This document shows positions 9,900 to 19,881 of a stretch of DNA of 64,000 nt, piece after piece; position 1 is the stretch's first letter; each line of letters begins with the position of its first letter. Below the pieces are notes generated by a model that did no database searches, had not been told where the DNA came from, and saw only the letters and a list, made by a program, of their open reading frames with translations. A program made the translations under genes and the position numbers. Origin of the DNA: an uncultured Candidatus Saccharibacteria bacterium (GTDB lineage: Bacteria; Patescibacteriota; Doudnabacteria; UBA920); assembly GCA_964453405.1 (NCBI GenBank), contig CAYVOF010000002.1, positions 10,825 through 74,824 on the forward strand. Reading direction: 5' to 3'.

Positions 9900-10754
9900 T
9901 TATTGTGTCTTAAATGCTAATAATTTTTTCTTCGCCGCTTCTTTTACGCCTTCGATAGCGGGAGTTAAATACTTACGTGGGTCAACTTCATCAGGATGTT
10001 CTAATAATGATTGACGTAAAGTTTTTGTGAAAGCAACCCGTAATTCAGTATCAATGTTTAGAATACTAATACCTGCTTTAATAGCTTTAGCAATCACATC
10101 ATCTGGTACACCGCTAGAACCATGCAGAACTATCGGTACCTTAACTAACTCAGCCACCTTGGCGATTCGATCCACATCTACATGTGCTTCGGCTTTGCCG
10201 CTCATCTTAATAATACCGTGAATTGTACCAAAAGAACAAGCTAGACTATCAACACCAGTCGCTTCCCAAAACTGCTTAGCCTCTTCGGGTTCGGTCAGTA
10301 GACTTTCACTTTCCGTCACTGAAACCCAATCTTCATTTCCACGAATACGACCAATTTCACCTTGTACCCAGGCTCCTTCTTTGTGAGCAAATTCAACCAT
10401 AGCTTTGGTGTCTTTTATATTCTGTTCTAAAGGAAGCGAAGAATGGTCGATCATTACAGAAGAGTAACCTAGTTCAATCCCCCGTTGCAGCTGTTCCATA
10501 TCTTTACCGTGATCCATATGTAAAGCAATTGGCACTTTAGCACGAATAGCCATGCTGGCGATCATTTCAAAAATCGTATCAAGACCAGCGTACTTAATGG
10601 CGCCTTCACTAGTTTCGATGATTATCGGAGTGTTGAGTTCTTCGGCAGCATCAATTATGCCTCGAGTTATTTCGAGATTCATTGTATTAAAAGCTGGGTA
10701 AGCAAACTTTCCGCGAACGTCTTTACTGAATAATTCTTTGATATGTACTAACAT
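9900..10754 (-). CDS. fba: Fructose-bisphosphate aldolase, class II
   Basis: HMDHG metal-binding motif and class II aldolase architecture. Confidence 0.85.
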   Translation of the reverse strand: MLVHIKELFSKDVRGKFAYPAFNTMNLEITRGIIDAAEELNTPIIIETSEGAIKYAGLDTIFEMIASMAIRAKVPIALHMDHGKDMEQLQRGIELGYSSVMIDHSSLPLEQNIKDTKAMVEFAHKEGAWVQGEIGRIRGNEDWVSVTESESLLTEPEEAKQFWEATGVDSLACSFGTIHGIIKMSGKAEAHVDVDRIAKVAELVKVPIVLHGSSGVPDDVIAKAIKAGISILNIDTELRVAFTKTLRQSLLEHPDEVDPRKYLTPAIEGVKEAAKKKLLAFKTQ

Positions 10755-10765
10755 GTTATAAATAA

Positions 10766-11800
10766 TTAGGTTCTTAGCTTTCTCTCCATCCGTCCGACAA
10801 TTGCGGCGACTCTTGATTTAGCCTGTTCAGTGTTTAATTCGATTGGTTTATATGACTTCTGCTTAGATAAATTTTTAAGTAGTTGTGTCTTAGTCAACAA
10901 ACCTTCTTGGGGACCAATGGCACTAACAACACTCGCCGCGTTAACTGGACCCCATTGCAAAGCCTCTTTGTTAGACATTTTATAATGGAGCGCAGCAGTA
11001 TAAGCAGTTGTAAAACCATCACCTGCCCCGGTCGCTTCGAGTAATGGTCCAGGAAACTCTGGAATAAAATAAAAGCCTTCACTGCTATAACTATAGGCGC
11101 CTTTGCGTCCATCTGTTAACACTACAACCTTTGGCCCAAGTTTAGCTAATTTTTTGCAAAGTAATTCAAAATCTTCGCTGTCACCTACCCAGCTCTGTGC
11201 TTCTTCTTTATTAATCGACAAGACATGGGTTCGCTCTAACATTATTTTGTTAAACTTTGGACCTTTTCTTAATTGAAAAGTTCCAGGATTAAAAATTAAT
11301 TTTGCTCCGGTCTTGTCTAAGTATTTTGCGAGGTCTTTATAAATTTTTTCAAAACCGACACCAAGGCTAGTTAAATAAACAAATTCTGCAGGTGCAAATT
11401 TTGGCAGAACATACTTACGATGTTCATGATAGACAAAAATTGTTCGCTGACCTTTGTGACTTAACACTGTGGATGCATTAGTTGGGTGCTTATCATCAAT
11501 CACAATATAATCGGTAGCAACTTTTTCTTTTTGCATCTTATGGATAATCTCACGACCACCAGCATCGTGTGCCAACACAGTATAAAAAGCTGTTTTTAAA
11601 CCCAAGCGGCTCGAACCAACAGCGTTATTTGCCGCATTACCCGCTACTGTTTTATAAAAATGTTGAACCGGCAACTTGTCACCCCAATTTATAAGGGCCT
11701 TTAACTGTCCGTTAATTTTTTTAACTTCGATGTCATCAACCATTAAGAATGTGTCGATAGTAGGATCGCCGATAGCGATTAGATCAAATTTTGTTTTCAT
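10766..11800 (-). CDS. PfkB-family carbohydrate kinase (candidate phosphofructokinase or ribokinase)
   Basis: C-terminal GAGDGF signature of the ribokinase/PfkB family. Confidence 0.75.
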   Translation of the reverse strand: MKTKFDLIAIGDPTIDTFLMVDDIEVKKINGQLKALINWGDKLPVQHFYKTVAGNAANNAVGSSRLGLKTAFYTVLAHDAGGREIIHKMQKEKVATDYIVIDDKHPTNASTVLSHKGQRTIFVYHEHRKYVLPKFAPAEFVYLTSLGVGFEKIYKDLAKYLDKTGAKLIFNPGTFQLRKGPKFNKIMLERTHVLSINKEEAQSWVGDSEDFELLCKKLAKLGPKVVVLTDGRKGAYSYSSEGFYFIPEFPGPLLEATGAGDGFTTAYTAALHYKMSNKEALQWGPVNAASVVSAIGPQEGLLTKTQLLKNLSKQKSYKPIELNTEQAKSRVAAIVGRMERKLRT

Positions 11801-11827
11801 GAATTACGTAAATTATTATTTCTATAT

Positions 11828-12814
11828 TTATGGTTTACGGGCCATCACTTTTTTTACAGCCTTAATAATATCTTGAACCCCCATACCATACTTTTCGAAC
11901 AGCTCTTGCGGTGTACCACTTTGTCCAAAAGTATTGGGCATCCCAATCATTTCGATTGGGACAGGATAATTTTTGCCCAGAACTTCTGCGACGGCACTAC
12001 CTAATCCACCGTCAATTTGATGTTCTTCTACTGTTACAACGGCTTTGGTAAGTTTGGCTGCCCAAGTAATTGTTTCGGCATCGATTGGCTTAATGGTATG
12101 ACTGTTAATCACCAGCACGCTAATATTTTCTTTCCCCAACTCAAGCGCTGCCTTTATACCATTATACAGTATTGGACCGCATCCTATGAGAGTTACATCT
12201 TTACCTTCTTTTAAGATATTGGCTTTACCTAGCTCGAACGGAGAATCTGGTGTAGTAATGATAGGTGTTTTTTCACGAGTTAAACGCAAATAGGCCGGAC
12301 CGTCTATATGACTTATTGCTACGGTGGCTTTGGAAGCCTCGATACTATCAATAGGCTGAATTACGCTTAAATTAGGCAAAACTCGAGTAATAGCAATATC
12401 TTCGAGAGCTTGGTGAGTCGCCCCGTCAGGGCCCACAGAAACGCCTGTATGAGCCCCTATAACCTTCACATTGGCTTGGCTATAACATACAGACACGCGC
12501 AATTGGTCCCAGTTACGACCTGGAGAAAAAGTCGCATAACTGGCCGCGAAAGGGATCTTTCCTGCCAGTGCCAGACCAGCAGCGACACCCATCATGTTTT
12601 GCTCGGCTACGCCGCACTGGATAAAACGATCTGGAAATTTATCCGCAAAAGCTTTAACGCGCGTGCTTTCTTTAAGGTCGCTAGACAAAGCCACAATGCG
12701 TTCATCTTTTTCTCCTAACTCTAACAAAGCCTCGCCAAAACCATCGCGAGTTGGTTTTTGCTCGATATCATCTTGTCCGAGTTTTGGATTTAATTTTTGA
12801 TCAGAGTTTAACAT
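11828..12814 (-). CDS. Transketolase, C-terminal (pyrimidine-binding) subunit
   Basis: Split transketolase arrangement; its start overlaps the N-terminal subunit gene by 1 nt. Confidence 0.85.
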   Translation of the reverse strand: MLNSDQKLNPKLGQDDIEQKPTRDGFGEALLELGEKDERIVALSSDLKESTRVKAFADKFPDRFIQCGVAEQNMMGVAAGLALAGKIPFAASYATFSPGRNWDQLRVSVCYSQANVKVIGAHTGVSVGPDGATHQALEDIAITRVLPNLSVIQPIDSIEASKATVAISHIDGPAYLRLTREKTPIITTPDSPFELGKANILKEGKDVTLIGCGPILYNGIKAALELGKENISVLVINSHTIKPIDAETITWAAKLTKAVVTVEEHQIDGGLGSAVAEVLGKNYPVPIEMIGMPNTFGQSGTPQELFEKYGMGVQDIIKAVKKVMARKP

Positions 12815-13695
12815 TATTCATGTTCACTTTTAATTTTACCTTGAAGGGTGCGGAGCTCATCCAATGCCACTTTTCCCTGCTGCTCCTTTGGCGGGGCGCC
12901 AGCAATGTTAGAAATCCCTGGTGGGGCGCCATGCCATTCATACCGACCTTCCATAAAATCTACGCCCTTACCTGGAATTGTATGCGCGATAATCACAGTT
13001 GGTTTTTCGTAAACTGCTTCGGCTTCACGATATGCATCGATAACGGCTTGAATGTTATGACCATCAACTTCTATCACATGCCAATTAAAGGACTCGTACT
13101 TGGCTTTTAAATTATCCAACGGCATCACGTCTTCGGTATAACCATCAATCTGAATATTATTACGATCGATTACAGCAGTGAGGTTGTGAAGCTTTTCTTT
13201 GCCAGCCAGCATAATAGCTTCCCAAATCTGACCTTCGTCTTGCTCCCCATCAGACATTACTAAATAAACACGATTCTTTTTACCACTCATACGCATTGCT
13301 AACGCCACACCCACGGCCTGCGAAGCACCTTGCGCTAATGGACCACTGGTGGTTTCTATTCCTGGCAACGACAAGTTATGAGGGTGACCTTGTAAACGTG
13401 AGCCGTACTTACGCAAAGTTTTTAATTCGGATACTGGAAAATAGCCACGTTCGGCCATGGTTGCGTACAACACTGGACAAATGTGGCCACACGACAAAAT
13501 CAACCAGTCGCGTTCATCCCAAGTGGGTTTGTGTGGGTCGATATTCATCACTTCAAAATACAACGCCGTAAACACATCTGCCATACCCAGCGGACCAGCA
13601 CTGTGACCAGAGCCGGCTTCGACCAACATTTCGATAATATTCTGCCTGATCGTGTTAGCAGTGAGTTGTAATTCTATTGAAGAAAATTTTGACAT
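12814..13695 (-). CDS. Transketolase, N-terminal (TPP-binding) subunit
   Basis: TPP-binding motif region (GHxxxxLG...DG). Confidence 0.85.
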   Translation of the reverse strand: MSKFSSIELQLTANTIRQNIIEMLVEAGSGHSAGPLGMADVFTALYFEVMNIDPHKPTWDERDWLILSCGHICPVLYATMAERGYFPVSELKTLRKYGSRLQGHPHNLSLPGIETTSGPLAQGASQAVGVALAMRMSGKKNRVYLVMSDGEQDEGQIWEAIMLAGKEKLHNLTAVIDRNNIQIDGYTEDVMPLDNLKAKYESFNWHVIEVDGHNIQAVIDAYREAEAVYEKPTVIIAHTIPGKGVDFMEGRYEWHGAPPGISNIAGAPPKEQQGKVALDELRTLQGKIKSEHE

Positions 13696-14333
13696 TATTT
13701 TAGTGCCTCCAATAGTTCCTGATAATTTTCTTTAATATCACCTTTTAATAAGCTTGAACCAACCACGCAATCAGTTGCACCAGCGTCAATTACTGCGGCA
13801 ATATTTTTACTATTTACCCCGCCGTCAACCTCGATATTTGCGCTTGGCGCCATGTCTCGTAGTTCTAACAAACGATCAATTGTGTTTGGTAGCATTTTTT
13901 GGCCTTGCTTGCCGGGGGTTACTCCGAGCAAAGTAAAGTCATTGATCGTGTCTGTATGATATTTGAACACCGAAATTTCGGTAGTTGGTGAAATCGCAAT
14001 AGCTGGAGTCATTTTTGATTTTTTAATTGCTTCCACAGCAGCTTCTAAATCTAGTTCGCTGGCAAACGCTTCGTAATGAATAATTACTTTTTTAAACCCC
14101 GCTTTTTGATAAGCAGAAAAATCCTTTGGTGTATCCATCATTAAATGCGCTTCAAACTGTATTTTTGTTTTCGCTGGAAGTTGAACCTCTTCGATTGGCA
14201 AAGTTTTAGTCGCCACAAAATCACCATCAGCAAAGTCAATTTGAATGGTTTTGATATTCTTTAAACCCATTATAGTTTTTAGGGTTTCGGTAAATTTTTT
14301 AGGGTTATTTTCTAATATTGCTGGGATTATCAT
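13695..14333 (-). CDS. rpe: Ribulose-phosphate 3-epimerase-like TIM-barrel protein
   Basis: 212 aa with a GVTPGKQGQK ... VDGG pattern, resembling the RPE family. Confidence 0.65.
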   Translation of the reverse strand: MIIPAILENNPKKFTETLKTIMGLKNIKTIQIDFADGDFVATKTLPIEEVQLPAKTKIQFEAHLMMDTPKDFSAYQKAGFKKVIIHYEAFASELDLEAAVEAIKKSKMTPAIAISPTTEISVFKYHTDTINDFTLLGVTPGKQGQKMLPNTIDRLLELRDMAPSANIEVDGGVNSKNIAAVIDAGATDCVVGSSLLKGDIKENYQELLEALK

Positions 14334-14347
14334 GAAAAACTTCTTAG

Positions 14348-14791
14348 CTAATTTTCTAAAGCTGTTATCTTCTTAACCCGTCTCATATGCCTACTCTCCG
14401 TCGAATACGCAGTCTCGAGCCACACTTTAACAATCTTCTCTGCTAGCTTCGTATCGATGTAATCACTGGGCAAACATAGCACGTTAGACATATCATCTTT
14501 CCTGCACATCTCAGCTTCTTTTTCATTCCAGACCAGTGCCGCCCGCACTCCTTTAAACTTATTAGCGACAATACACACTCCTTGGCCACTGCGGCAAACT
14601 AAAATTCCCTCGTTGAGCATAGGATTTTTTGAAATCTGCTTTGCGACCTTGGCTGCGTACTCCGGATAATCATCCCCATCTTTAAGCTTGTGAGCACCGA
14701 CGTCAATAAATTCCCGCTTCGTTTTAACCAAAAACTTTTTGAGCTGTTCTTTTAATTTGTAACCGCCGTGATCAGCGCCAATGTAAATCAT
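14348..14791 (-). CDS. rpiB: Ribose-5-phosphate isomerase B
   Basis: N-terminus MIYIGADHGGYKLKE; RpiB/LacAB family. Confidence 0.8.
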   Translation of the reverse strand: MIYIGADHGGYKLKEQLKKFLVKTKREFIDVGAHKLKDGDDYPEYAAKVAKQISKNPMLNEGILVCRSGQGVCIVANKFKGVRAALVWNEKEAEMCRKDDMSNVLCLPSDYIDTKLAEKIVKVWLETAYSTESRHMRRVKKITALEN

Positions 14792-15504
14792 TAAGACTGA
14801 ATTATTTTATTAAAATCATCTGCAAGAAGTGAAGCGCCGCCAACCAATAAGCCGCCAATATTATGTTGGCTTAAAAAGCTAGCGCTGTTAGTACTATTCA
14901 CGCTACCGCCGTACAACACAGATTTAACATTAAACTTAGTATTAATATACAAAGCAATTTTTTCAGCATGATCAGGAATTTCTACATGCTTAGTTGCATA
15001 AGGATTACCTTTTGAGATTGCCCACACTGGTTCATACGCTACGATAACTTTTTTTGGATCAACATCTTCCAAACCTTGTCTTAATTGAGACGCAAGTACA
15101 TCGATCACCTCTAAGTCATCTTCTTCAAAAGTAGTCCCATAACCAACACACAGCACCGGCGTAATTTTATAATCCAATAGTGCCTGAATTTTTTGATTAA
15201 TTTGAGAATCATTTTCTCCCAACGCACGGCGTTCACTATGCCCTACTATACAATAACTCACTCCCAAGCTCGCCAAGTTAGCGGCAGAAATTTGCCCAGT
15301 GTAAGGGCCTTTAATCTGTTGACTCACATCCTGCGCGCCTTTGTGCAAATATTCCACTACAGCCAAAAACGGGGTCGGAGGACACAACACGACTTCGTAT
15401 TTAGAGACAACATCAATTTTTCGGGCTAAGTCTGTAGCCTCGCGCGCTGTTAATGGATTTAGCTTCCAGTTAGCAATAATAATTTTAGACATCGAGTTAT
15501 GCAT
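14791..15504 (-). CDS. tpiA: Triosephosphate isomerase
   Basis: ANWKLN start, AYEPVWAI motif and GGS C-terminal loop. Confidence 0.85.
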   Translation of the reverse strand: MHNSMSKIIIANWKLNPLTAREATDLARKIDVVSKYEVVLCPPTPFLAVVEYLHKGAQDVSQQIKGPYTGQISAANLASLGVSYCIVGHSERRALGENDSQINQKIQALLDYKITPVLCVGYGTTFEEDDLEVIDVLASQLRQGLEDVDPKKVIVAYEPVWAISKGNPYATKHVEIPDHAEKIALYINTKFNVKSVLYGGSVNSTNSASFLSQHNIGGLLVGGASLLADDFNKIIQS

Positions 15505-16507
15505 CTAGACCTCCTCGTAAAAACTTAGCCGTTTCTTCTGGTGGCATTGGATTAACCGGAATACCAGTGCCGTATTCAAATCCAGCCCAAATAGTTAAGC
15601 GTGGGAATACGGTTAAATGCCAATGATAACTTTTTTCTTCGTGCACTAAATGTTTATCGCTAACTTTTGGCATGGTGTGAATATAATAGTTTAGCGGCGG
15701 GTCGGACAATTTTACATATAAGGTCCCAAGAACTTTTTTAAGTACGTGAGCTAAGTGGAGTAACTCTACATCCGAAGTTGCTTCAAACTTAGAATGATGG
15801 CGCTTAGGTAAAATCCATGTTTCAAAGGGGCTGCGCGATGCATAAGCAGACATTACCACAAAGTAGTCATCTTCATAGACAATACGATCTTTGTGCTTAA
15901 TTTCTTCGGTGATAATTTCACAATAAATACACTTGCCTGTTTGCTGGTAATGATGGTAACAACCACGAAGCTCTTCGTGCACATGAGGTGGCACCATTGG
16001 TGTGGCTAAAATTTGGTAATGAGGATGGACTAAAGATGCGCCGGAGTCGCGTCCGTGGTTATGAAAAATCTGCACGTAATTTATTTCCGGATCTTTTTGG
16101 ATTTCTTTTATACGATCCTGAAACAATTTGAGCGACTGTTGAACAAGTACCGCAGACTGTAGCGCTGGTGGTTCGTTATGTTTGCGACTAATGATTACTT
16201 CGTGATCGCCATAACCAGCACGAGATTCATAAAAATCACGATTGCTATAAATCTTGGTTTCGTCGAGCGACTTAAATTTATTCGGTATTACACGCAGCTG
16301 CCAATCTTTATTGTTTGGGATGCGGCAGACTTCGTTGCACAAATCTGGATTTTTACCTTCATTACCTGGACAAAAGACGCAAGTTGGGTCTAATTCTGGT
16401 AAACCATAGCTCACGCTATACGTCTTAAAATCTTCTGGACGCTTGCCGCGACCAGGAGCTATTAACACCCACTGCTTATTGATTGGATTGCGTCTAAATT
16501 GAGACAT
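15497..16507 (-). CDS. galT: Galactose-1-phosphate uridylyltransferase-like HIT-superfamily nucleotidyltransferase
   Basis: CxxC zinc motif, HNHG...HPHYQI resembling the GalT HPHGQ catalytic motif. Confidence 0.7.
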   Translation of the reverse strand: MSQFRRNPINKQWVLIAPGRGKRPEDFKTYSVSYGLPELDPTCVFCPGNEGKNPDLCNEVCRIPNNKDWQLRVIPNKFKSLDETKIYSNRDFYESRAGYGDHEVIISRKHNEPPALQSAVLVQQSLKLFQDRIKEIQKDPEINYVQIFHNHGRDSGASLVHPHYQILATPMVPPHVHEELRGCYHHYQQTGKCIYCEIITEEIKHKDRIVYEDDYFVVMSAYASRSPFETWILPKRHHSKFEATSDVELLHLAHVLKKVLGTLYVKLSDPPLNYYIHTMPKVSDKHLVHEEKSYHWHLTVFPRLTIWAGFEYGTGIPVNPMPPEETAKFLRGGLDA

Positions 16508-16524
16508 TTATATTTATTTTAGGG

Positions 16525-16929
16525 TTATTGCTTATTTTGATTTAAGTAATTTTGTAAGAAGATTTGCGCTGCTAGGCTATCGATATTTTCATGTGCACCA
16601 CTACCTTGGCCAGAAATTTGTTCGGCCATAACGCTCGATAAGCGTTCATCCACCAGCTCAATCGGGATGTTTAAGCGTTGCTGCAATTGATCATTAAACT
16701 TTTGAACTTCCTCTGATTTTTGCGTAGTCTCGCCAGACATATTAACCGGCATCCCTAGGACTACTCTTTCTATTCCTTCGTCTTGGATTAACGGCTCAAG
16801 TTTCTGCCAGAATTCAGCGTTGTCATTGTCGGCGGACCAAATCCCATACTCACGGGCTAAGGTTTGCGTTTCGTCCGAAATCGCGATGCCGATTCGTTTA
16901 GTTCCATAATCAATTGCTAGTATCTTCAT
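16525..16929 (-). CDS. ruvX: Holliday-junction resolvase-like protein RuvX/YqgF
   Basis: MKILAIDYGTKRIGIAISD N-terminus. Confidence 0.8.
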   Translation of the reverse strand: MKILAIDYGTKRIGIAISDETQTLAREYGIWSADNDNAEFWQKLEPLIQDEGIERVVLGMPVNMSGETTQKSEEVQKFNDQLQQRLNIPIELVDERLSSVMAEQISGQGSGAHENIDSLAAQIFLQNYLNQNKQ

Positions 16930-16948
16930 TCGTAATTTATTTAGTCTA

Positions 16949-18163
16949 TTAGTTTGTTTGGCCCAAAGTTACTGTTACAGTTTTTTCTTGACCATTGCTG
17001 AATATTTTCATATCTACTTTGTCATTCGGTCGGTATTGCTTTAACGCTCGTGACAATGAATAATCTTCGCTTAATTTTTTGCCAGCAACTTCTAGAATAA
17101 TGTCATTTTCTTTTAAGCCTGCTTTTTCGGCTGGGCTTCCTGGTACGATCGCACTATCGGCTCGACTTCTACCACTTAAAATTAAAGCTCCGTAATCTTT
17201 AGGTAATTTTTCGGATTTTGCGATAGCTTCGGTAAGCATCAAATAGCGAACCCCAATAAATGGTCTAGTAATCTTACCGTCTTTATTGAAGCTATCCAAA
17301 GCAATTTTTACATCGCTTGACGGCAAAGCAAATCCAATTGATTGGCCCTGCTGATCAACAGCTGTATTAATACCAATTACTTTACCCGTCAGATCCAATA
17401 ATGGGCCACCAGAATTACCTGAGTTAATCGCTGCATCAGTTTGAATAACTCCATCAAGCTGTTCCAACTCACCTGCGCCACCAGCGGTAATACTACGACC
17501 GATACCAGAAATTATTCCGCTAGTCACTGTATTTTGGTACTGTCCAAGCGAATTCCCAATTGCGATAACATGTTGACCTAATTGCAACTGAGTTGAATCA
17601 GCCAAGTCTAAATGTGGCGCATCATTAATATCAATCTTTATAATGGCAATATCATTAGTTGGATCAATTGCTAAAACTTTGGCATCATAAGACTTACCAT
17701 CATTAGTAACTACCGAATACTGGGCAGACTGATCCGCCACCACATGCTTATTAGTGACAATCATTCCGTCACTGCTAACCAAAAATCCACTACCCGCTCC
17801 AACTTGTTGAACATTAGGCGTTACCGGTTGGGCTGGTTTTTGATTTTGGCCGAAAAACCCAAAGATATCAAATGGCGATTGCTGCTGACTAATATCCTTA
17901 GATATAACTACCGACACTACAGCTGGCCCAGCTTTTTTAACCACATCTGTAGTAGCAGAGGTTTCATTTACTGACACACTCTGACTATAAGAGCCATTAC
18001 TGTTAGTATGATTAAATAATTTTTGAAAGAACGGCCGCTGAGCTAAATCTAGAGAGCCGTATAAGCCTCCTACAATTCCAAACACCAAAGCTAAAACAAC
18101 AACTCCAAGTTTTTGACTTGTAATTGGATGTGAGTCATTTTGTTTATTTTCTAAATCTTGCAT
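16949..18163 (-). CDS. htrA: HtrA/DegP-family serine protease with PDZ domain
   Basis: N-terminal TM, trypsin-like core with GNSGGPL, and a C-terminal PDZ-like segment. Confidence 0.8.
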   Translation of the reverse strand: MQDLENKQNDSHPITSQKLGVVVLALVFGIVGGLYGSLDLAQRPFFQKLFNHTNSNGSYSQSVSVNETSATTDVVKKAGPAVVSVVISKDISQQQSPFDIFGFFGQNQKPAQPVTPNVQQVGAGSGFLVSSDGMIVTNKHVVADQSAQYSVVTNDGKSYDAKVLAIDPTNDIAIIKIDINDAPHLDLADSTQLQLGQHVIAIGNSLGQYQNTVTSGIISGIGRSITAGGAGELEQLDGVIQTDAAINSGNSGGPLLDLTGKVIGINTAVDQQGQSIGFALPSSDVKIALDSFNKDGKITRPFIGVRYLMLTEAIAKSEKLPKDYGALILSGRSRADSAIVPGSPAEKAGLKENDIILEVAGKKLSEDYSLSRALKQYRPNDKVDMKIFSNGQEKTVTVTLGQTN

Positions 18164-18183
18164 AAGTTTAAGTTTAATTCCTA

Positions 18184-19836
18184 CTAATTGCGCGGCGCAA
18201 ATGGAGGTGTGGTTACCGGAGCAGTGCTAGAGATTCCAGTTGGATCCTCATACTCGGATGAAGGCAAAGGAATTAATGGTTTGATTTGGGGAGTTTGTAA
18301 ACAAACGTTTTGTTCTTGTAACACACCAATACCACCGCTACTCGATGCTCCGCCGCTGATAGGTGTAAACACAAATTTATTAACCAAATTCTCTACAACA
18401 CCCGAAACCAATTTACTAATCGGACTACCTGTATTATTAGTACCCAAGTTCATGGCTCCAGAAATAGCTGCTTCTTGAACATTGAATATAGCTGAAACGG
18501 TTTTATTAACCTGATTAGTAATAATATCGCGACCAGTTTTTACACCTGGACTTAAAACTTCTTTTGCTGCTGCACTGTCGGCCTCAGCCTTAGTTTGTGC
18601 TGCTAGTCCTGAGTAATAGCTTTCCCACCACTGCGGGTAATTTTTTTCATCACTACCTAGACGAGCTAATTTTTGAGCCCAGTCAGGATCATTAGGATTA
18701 ATGGTAATATCATTGCCAACGTTTGTCGCCGCTTTAGCCGTGAATATTTTGTTTAAATCTTTTTTAGTTGGATTGATACAAAAATATTCGGGTAAGAATT
18801 TTTGAATAATTCCTTGATCCAGTGGGTCAGATACGAACTTCTTCATATACTCTACAGAATAAAATCTTCCCAACTCGTTAGAGTAATACAGTTGACTAGC
18901 AATAGCAAAACTTTTCTCGATATGAGCCACTAATTTGTCTAACATTTTGATAGAAAAATTGGCAAACGATTTAGCCAAACCCTCCGCCACCGCCTGCAAT
19001 ACATCGCGTTTTAAATCCGTAATCACTGTTACTGGTCCACCGAATTGTGCTTGAGCAGTCTTAATGAATGGTGGTCCTGTGGCTCTTTCTATTTCTTCTA
19101 AGACTGCAAAATTGTTAGCTGTTTTACTTAACTCAGTGTTAACCACCGCCATTCGGTTATCAATGACCGCATAACTCTGATAAAAATCTGGCCAAGGGTC
19201 ACTGTTTCGATCTTCGCTGTAAGAATTAGCATCATCAAAAATCTGGCCATACTTATCAAAAGCAACTAAATTAGCCTTATGAAATTCCATCATACTTTCT
19301 GGCACTGTTAAACTACGCAGATTGGCTAAAAACTTTTCTGTATCAGCTTTGGCTTTAGACAAATCTGCGCTACTGGCATTATCAGCAAACAAACTTACTG
19401 AGGCAGGACTAACGGCCTGTTTATAATTGGCCACCATAGAACTAACGGTACTGAGGTAATTAATTACAAAATCTGTATCTTTGCGGGTGCTGGTTTTAAC
19501 TTCGTTACTAGCAACTTGAGGAACTACTATCTTTTGCTTAGTTTGCAAAGTTTGTTCAACCTGTTGACGCACCACATCTTCACTGGCAATTTTTTGCAAC
19601 AACTGTTGACTGGCACCATAATTAGGCTCAAGCTCAGCTAAAAAAGCTTTGTATTGGGCTAGCTCAGCCGCAGCCTGCTTATCAGCAGCAGTGTAGTCGG
19701 TCTTGTCTCTAAAAGCCCATTCTCCGGGCTGCCAAACAGTGATAATAGCCAAGGCCACTATAGCCATCGTGATTACAGCATAGGTAACTTTTTTATTAAT
19801 GTCTGGAGACAAACTAGGGATAATTTTTTTTGGCAT
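18184..19836 (-). CDS. Hypothetical membrane-anchored extracytoplasmic protein (550 aa)
   Basis: N-terminal TM anchor; no recognisable motif. Confidence 0.5.
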   Translation of the reverse strand: MPKKIIPSLSPDINKKVTYAVITMAIVALAIITVWQPGEWAFRDKTDYTAADKQAAAELAQYKAFLAELEPNYGASQQLLQKIASEDVVRQQVEQTLQTKQKIVVPQVASNEVKTSTRKDTDFVINYLSTVSSMVANYKQAVSPASVSLFADNASSADLSKAKADTEKFLANLRSLTVPESMMEFHKANLVAFDKYGQIFDDANSYSEDRNSDPWPDFYQSYAVIDNRMAVVNTELSKTANNFAVLEEIERATGPPFIKTAQAQFGGPVTVITDLKRDVLQAVAEGLAKSFANFSIKMLDKLVAHIEKSFAIASQLYYSNELGRFYSVEYMKKFVSDPLDQGIIQKFLPEYFCINPTKKDLNKIFTAKAATNVGNDITINPNDPDWAQKLARLGSDEKNYPQWWESYYSGLAAQTKAEADSAAAKEVLSPGVKTGRDIITNQVNKTVSAIFNVQEAAISGAMNLGTNNTGSPISKLVSGVVENLVNKFVFTPISGGASSSGGIGVLQEQNVCLQTPQIKPLIPLPSSEYEDPTGISSTAPVTTPPFAPRN

Positions 19837-19881
19837 ATATTTAAATTTTTATTTTATAAAACTTTTTATGATTTTTAAATT